Source of the DNA: Dipteris shenzhenensis | Taxonomy: Eukaryota | Direction: 5' to 3' (one strand) | Assembly: GCA_047967505.1 (NCBI GenBank) | Contig: CM106538.1 | DNA: 64,000 bases | Part shown: piece by piece, positions 60,846-64,000 of the stretch | Layout: each line of letters begins with the position of its first letter | Numbering within the stretch: position 1 is the first letter of the stretch | Program-made: the position numbers and the translations under genes | Notes under the pieces: generated by a model | Seen by the model: the letters and a program-made list of their open reading frames with translations, nothing else | Database searches by the model: none | What the model was told of the DNA's origin: nothing

Positions 60846-60965
60846 ATTGGTGCAGTTCCTATAGAAGATGCTATTGGAAAAGATGTGATTGTCCGCTTGG
60901 TGACTGATGTCAACAGCAAGGATGTGTTCTATACAGACTCAAATGGCCGGGATTTCATCAAAAGA
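60846..60965 (+). CDS. GH38 alpha-mannosidase, internal exon g
   Basis: tacag|…|gtgagt; IGAVPIEDAIGKDVIVRLVTDVNSKDVFYTDSNGRDFIKR with the hallmark FYTDSNGR. Confidence 0.95.
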
Positions 60966-62417
60966 GTGAGTCTATATCCTATGCTCAGTTGCAAGCTTTG
61001 CTCTCATCGTGATTGTCATATATGATTTCTAGGCAGCACAAATGGCGATTTAAGTATATATTGAATATTTACTGTTGCTAGTCTGAGTGATGAATTTATG
61101 TGCTTATCTGTAAGCATCCGTAGTCCATGTAGCTGGTCTGTATCAAATTTATCAATCTGTCTTGACAACTTGAGCCTTACAGTTTGAGAATTTGAGCCCC
61201 TTACATTTGCAGTGACTCAAAGGAGGAAACAATATATTGCTAGATCTCAATCAGAAGTTAGACTGTACTGATGGATGTTTAGGCTTGAGGGGAACAAATA
61301 ATCATGTTATAACTGTGGCCAGATTGGAACAGCACATAGGAATGATGGAATTGAAAATTCAACTTTTTATTCGACATGCAGAAAAAGGGTCTCCGTAACT
61401 CCTGTCTGGAATACCCAGCATCTGCAAAATTGCCTCCTAAAAGGCTTTTGCTTTTGTACTTTCTCGTTGGATAAGCTCAATCCCTTCTATTTTGCAAGAT
61501 TTTGAGAGATGGATGTTTGTCCCTTCTTCTAAATGGTAATGTAGATGAACGAGGGAAGAAGAGAGGAGGTTGAAGAAGAGCTCCTACTACTGGGGATTCT
61601 GCCCGCATCAGCACAGACATTTGTTCATGCGAGCAAACAACAAAGCTAGAACTAGAGCAAGGAGGTGTCCGGCCTGCATGTCCACTTTGACATCTTCAAT
61701 TTCTTCCAAGTTCTATGTGATTTCTTCCAATGGTGTTCGGTTTGGCATTTTTCTCCCCTTGATTCTCACTGGTTCCTGGCTAGCAAGGTTGTTGGATGGG
61801 AACAAAGCAAGCTTCTTTTGCCAAGAAATTAGCCACAATTTTAAACCCTTGGAATATGTTGACTATTTACCTTGTCGAAATTTTGACACCACTGCATAGC
61901 CTGTTGATGTCGTAGTATCAGATCTTTAGTCTGGACCTTCTAGAGCAGAAGAAGCTGGAAACATGATGCATTCCCTACTAGAAGAAGCTGGAAAGATAAT
62001 GCAGAAAAAGCCAACCATCCCCATTGGCAGAAGTATGCACAAAGCTATGCCAATCGTACAACTTTGCCTGGTCTAACGGCTGATGAATCTGAATCAGATG
62101 CAAGTGTCAAACGACGACAACTAGAAAGGTTAGCTGCAGGCTTTATGTTCCCTTTCCAGGATTTCAAGATTTCTATTGATCTTGACACACCAGGAACTCG
62201 GTTATGGTTGCACCAAATTGGTTTATTTGAGTATGCACAATTACTATGGGAAGAATGGTTTATTTGAGTATGCACAATTACTATGTTTTTGGTCCTGAAT
62301 AGTTCAAATCCTTGCAAAAATCAATGCGTGAGATTCCCCCTGGTGCCGCCTTCTTAACACCCGAATTGGGAGTTCCCCAAAACAGTTGGGTGCTTGATTT
62401 GTTGATCTTGTGTGTGC

Positions 62418-62615
62418 TTAAGACTGAGAAATTAAGGCTGAATATTTGGCTTGATTGTCAGTGTTAGCTTGCACTGGGTCACTATACCAGAATTCAACTC
62501 CTTGTTTGGGTGAGATCAAGACTCCTCCTGTACTTGCAATATTGTTAGAGCATTTATATGCATCATCAAAAGCCAAGGTCCACGTGGACTTTATACAAGG
62601 ACTAATAGCCAACAT
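62418..62615 (-). pseudogene. Retroelement RNase HI-type domain relic
   Basis: WTLAFDDAYK…GGVLISP…TDNQAKYSALI resembles the FDGA…TNNxAEYxAL RNase H of Tat-type gypsy and some L1 elements. Confidence 0.55.
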
Positions 62616-62659
62616 CCTATGTGTTCCTACGATCCAAAATCAGCAAAATAAGCAGGTGG

Positions 62660-64000
62660 GGAGAAGCTAAAACCTCTAGGATAGGGGTGCATTTGAAGAA
62701 CATTTTCCCATCTGTTGACCAGTCATTGTCCAAGATGATGACCAGAATCGGTCCAAACCATGACCGGACTTCGTGTAGTACAGACCAAGGACCAACACCG
62801 TAACATCGGTGACGGATCTTGGTGATGCAGAGAAGCAAGGCAAAGACATCACGGGTCCCAATTCCCAAGACTGAGGATTTGCAGAGAGTACGCACATGTA
62901 TGCTATCCTCCACATGCAAGAGTTATAGCACTGCGCAGTGTAGAAGGTGACGCCGCACAGGAGTTATGGCACCGCCAAGGAGTCAGTGCGGGTGCAGAAG
63001 CCAAATCACTATCGGAGACATTAAGGGCGAGTCCATATCCTCGAGGGGGGATGCCTATCCACCAATTGGGAAAGAGGAGAATCATGGCAGCCAATGGAGA
63101 GATTGCAGTATGGCTGCATCAATCTATGAGTCTCCTCTCGAGGTGGGTGTACAAGACTATATGCTGCATATGAAAAAACAATTCCACGGCTCCTGTCCAA
63201 GCATCAAACCTCTCACCACCATCTTACAGAGCAATGCCCTACACTGCAGGTCTAGGTCAATGATATTGAGGCCCCCTTCCCAAGTGGGTAGAATCAGGGT
63301 CTCCCAAGCCACCCTGGCTATGGCATCTATCATGCCATCTAGTCCACTCCACAAAAAGTTCCTTACTGGTCTCTTGAGCTGAGTGATACTAACACTTGAA
63401 TGGCACCAGCAAGAAAAAACAAACCAAGCAGTAGCCAGTAACACCTGGTTGACCACCACGACCCTAGATGCAAGGTCTAGTTTGACCAAATTCCAAAAAA
63501 GGAATTTTCCTCCTTATGCTCTCCAACACAGGAGAAAACTGTTGTGCAGAAGAGATGCCCACACCTACCTGGCACCCCAAATAGCTGACAGAGATACCCC
63601 TTTTAATACAAGTGAAACCAATATTAGCTCCCTTAGTCCGGAGTGTCCTCAGTGTTGATCCAAAAGCCATTGGATTTGTGCCAGTTTATATGTGCCTCTG
63701 CTGCCATGCAAAACAAATCCAATGCTATCCTAAAAGAAGTGAGCTTCTGTGGCGTGGCATCCAAAAAAACTGCCGTATCATTTGGTAGCTCACTGTCCAA
63801 TAGCTCATCTTCTTGTGTCAATGGAAGTCTCAGGTCAACAATATAAGCATGAGATCTAATGTAGATACTCATAGCTTCATCCACAAACAAGAAAAGAAAG
63901 GGGGCTAAAGGACATCCTTGACAGACTGATCTAGAGATCCAAACTTGTCTCACCTAACTCCTCCAATAATTACCTGGCTATGGGCTGATTTATAAAGAGT
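62660..64000 (-). mobile_element. L1 fragment (RT C-terminal half)
   Basis: SVCQGCPLAPFLFLF, YLGCQVGVG, VVVNQVLLATAW, EGGLNIID; same family as the other L1 copies. Confidence 0.85.

Overview
This window is eukaryotic land-plant genomic DNA. The retroelement types suggest a non-flowering plant such as a fern or lycophyte, but that is inference only. It holds seven internal exons of a + strand GH38 (lysosomal/vacuolar-type) alpha-mannosidase gene: five at 11290-12495 and two at 60666-60965. All have AG/GT borders and join in one open frame. The intron between them (12496-60665, 48,170 bp) is packed with nested retrotransposons whose order can be read from target-site duplications (TSDs): copia A > L1 LINE > copia B > copia C > copia D, and separately copia A > L1 LINE > RTEX-like LINE > satellite-like insert. 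The intron also holds solo LTRs, gypsy relics and more L1 fragments. Upstream (1-11289) lie a near-intact Ty3/gypsy element on the - strand, a copia 3' LTR, a gypsy pol relic and L1 fragments. No prokaryotic-type system (CRISPR etc.) is present. The most unusual signals are dense (CC)GTAC arrays resembling SBP/SPL binding sites in three copia leaders, two PIP-box-like motifs in a hidden C-terminal tail of the RTEX-like ORF2, and the apparently intact gene spliced across 48 kb of mostly sense-oriented retroelements. Counts and divergences are hand counts, not alignments.
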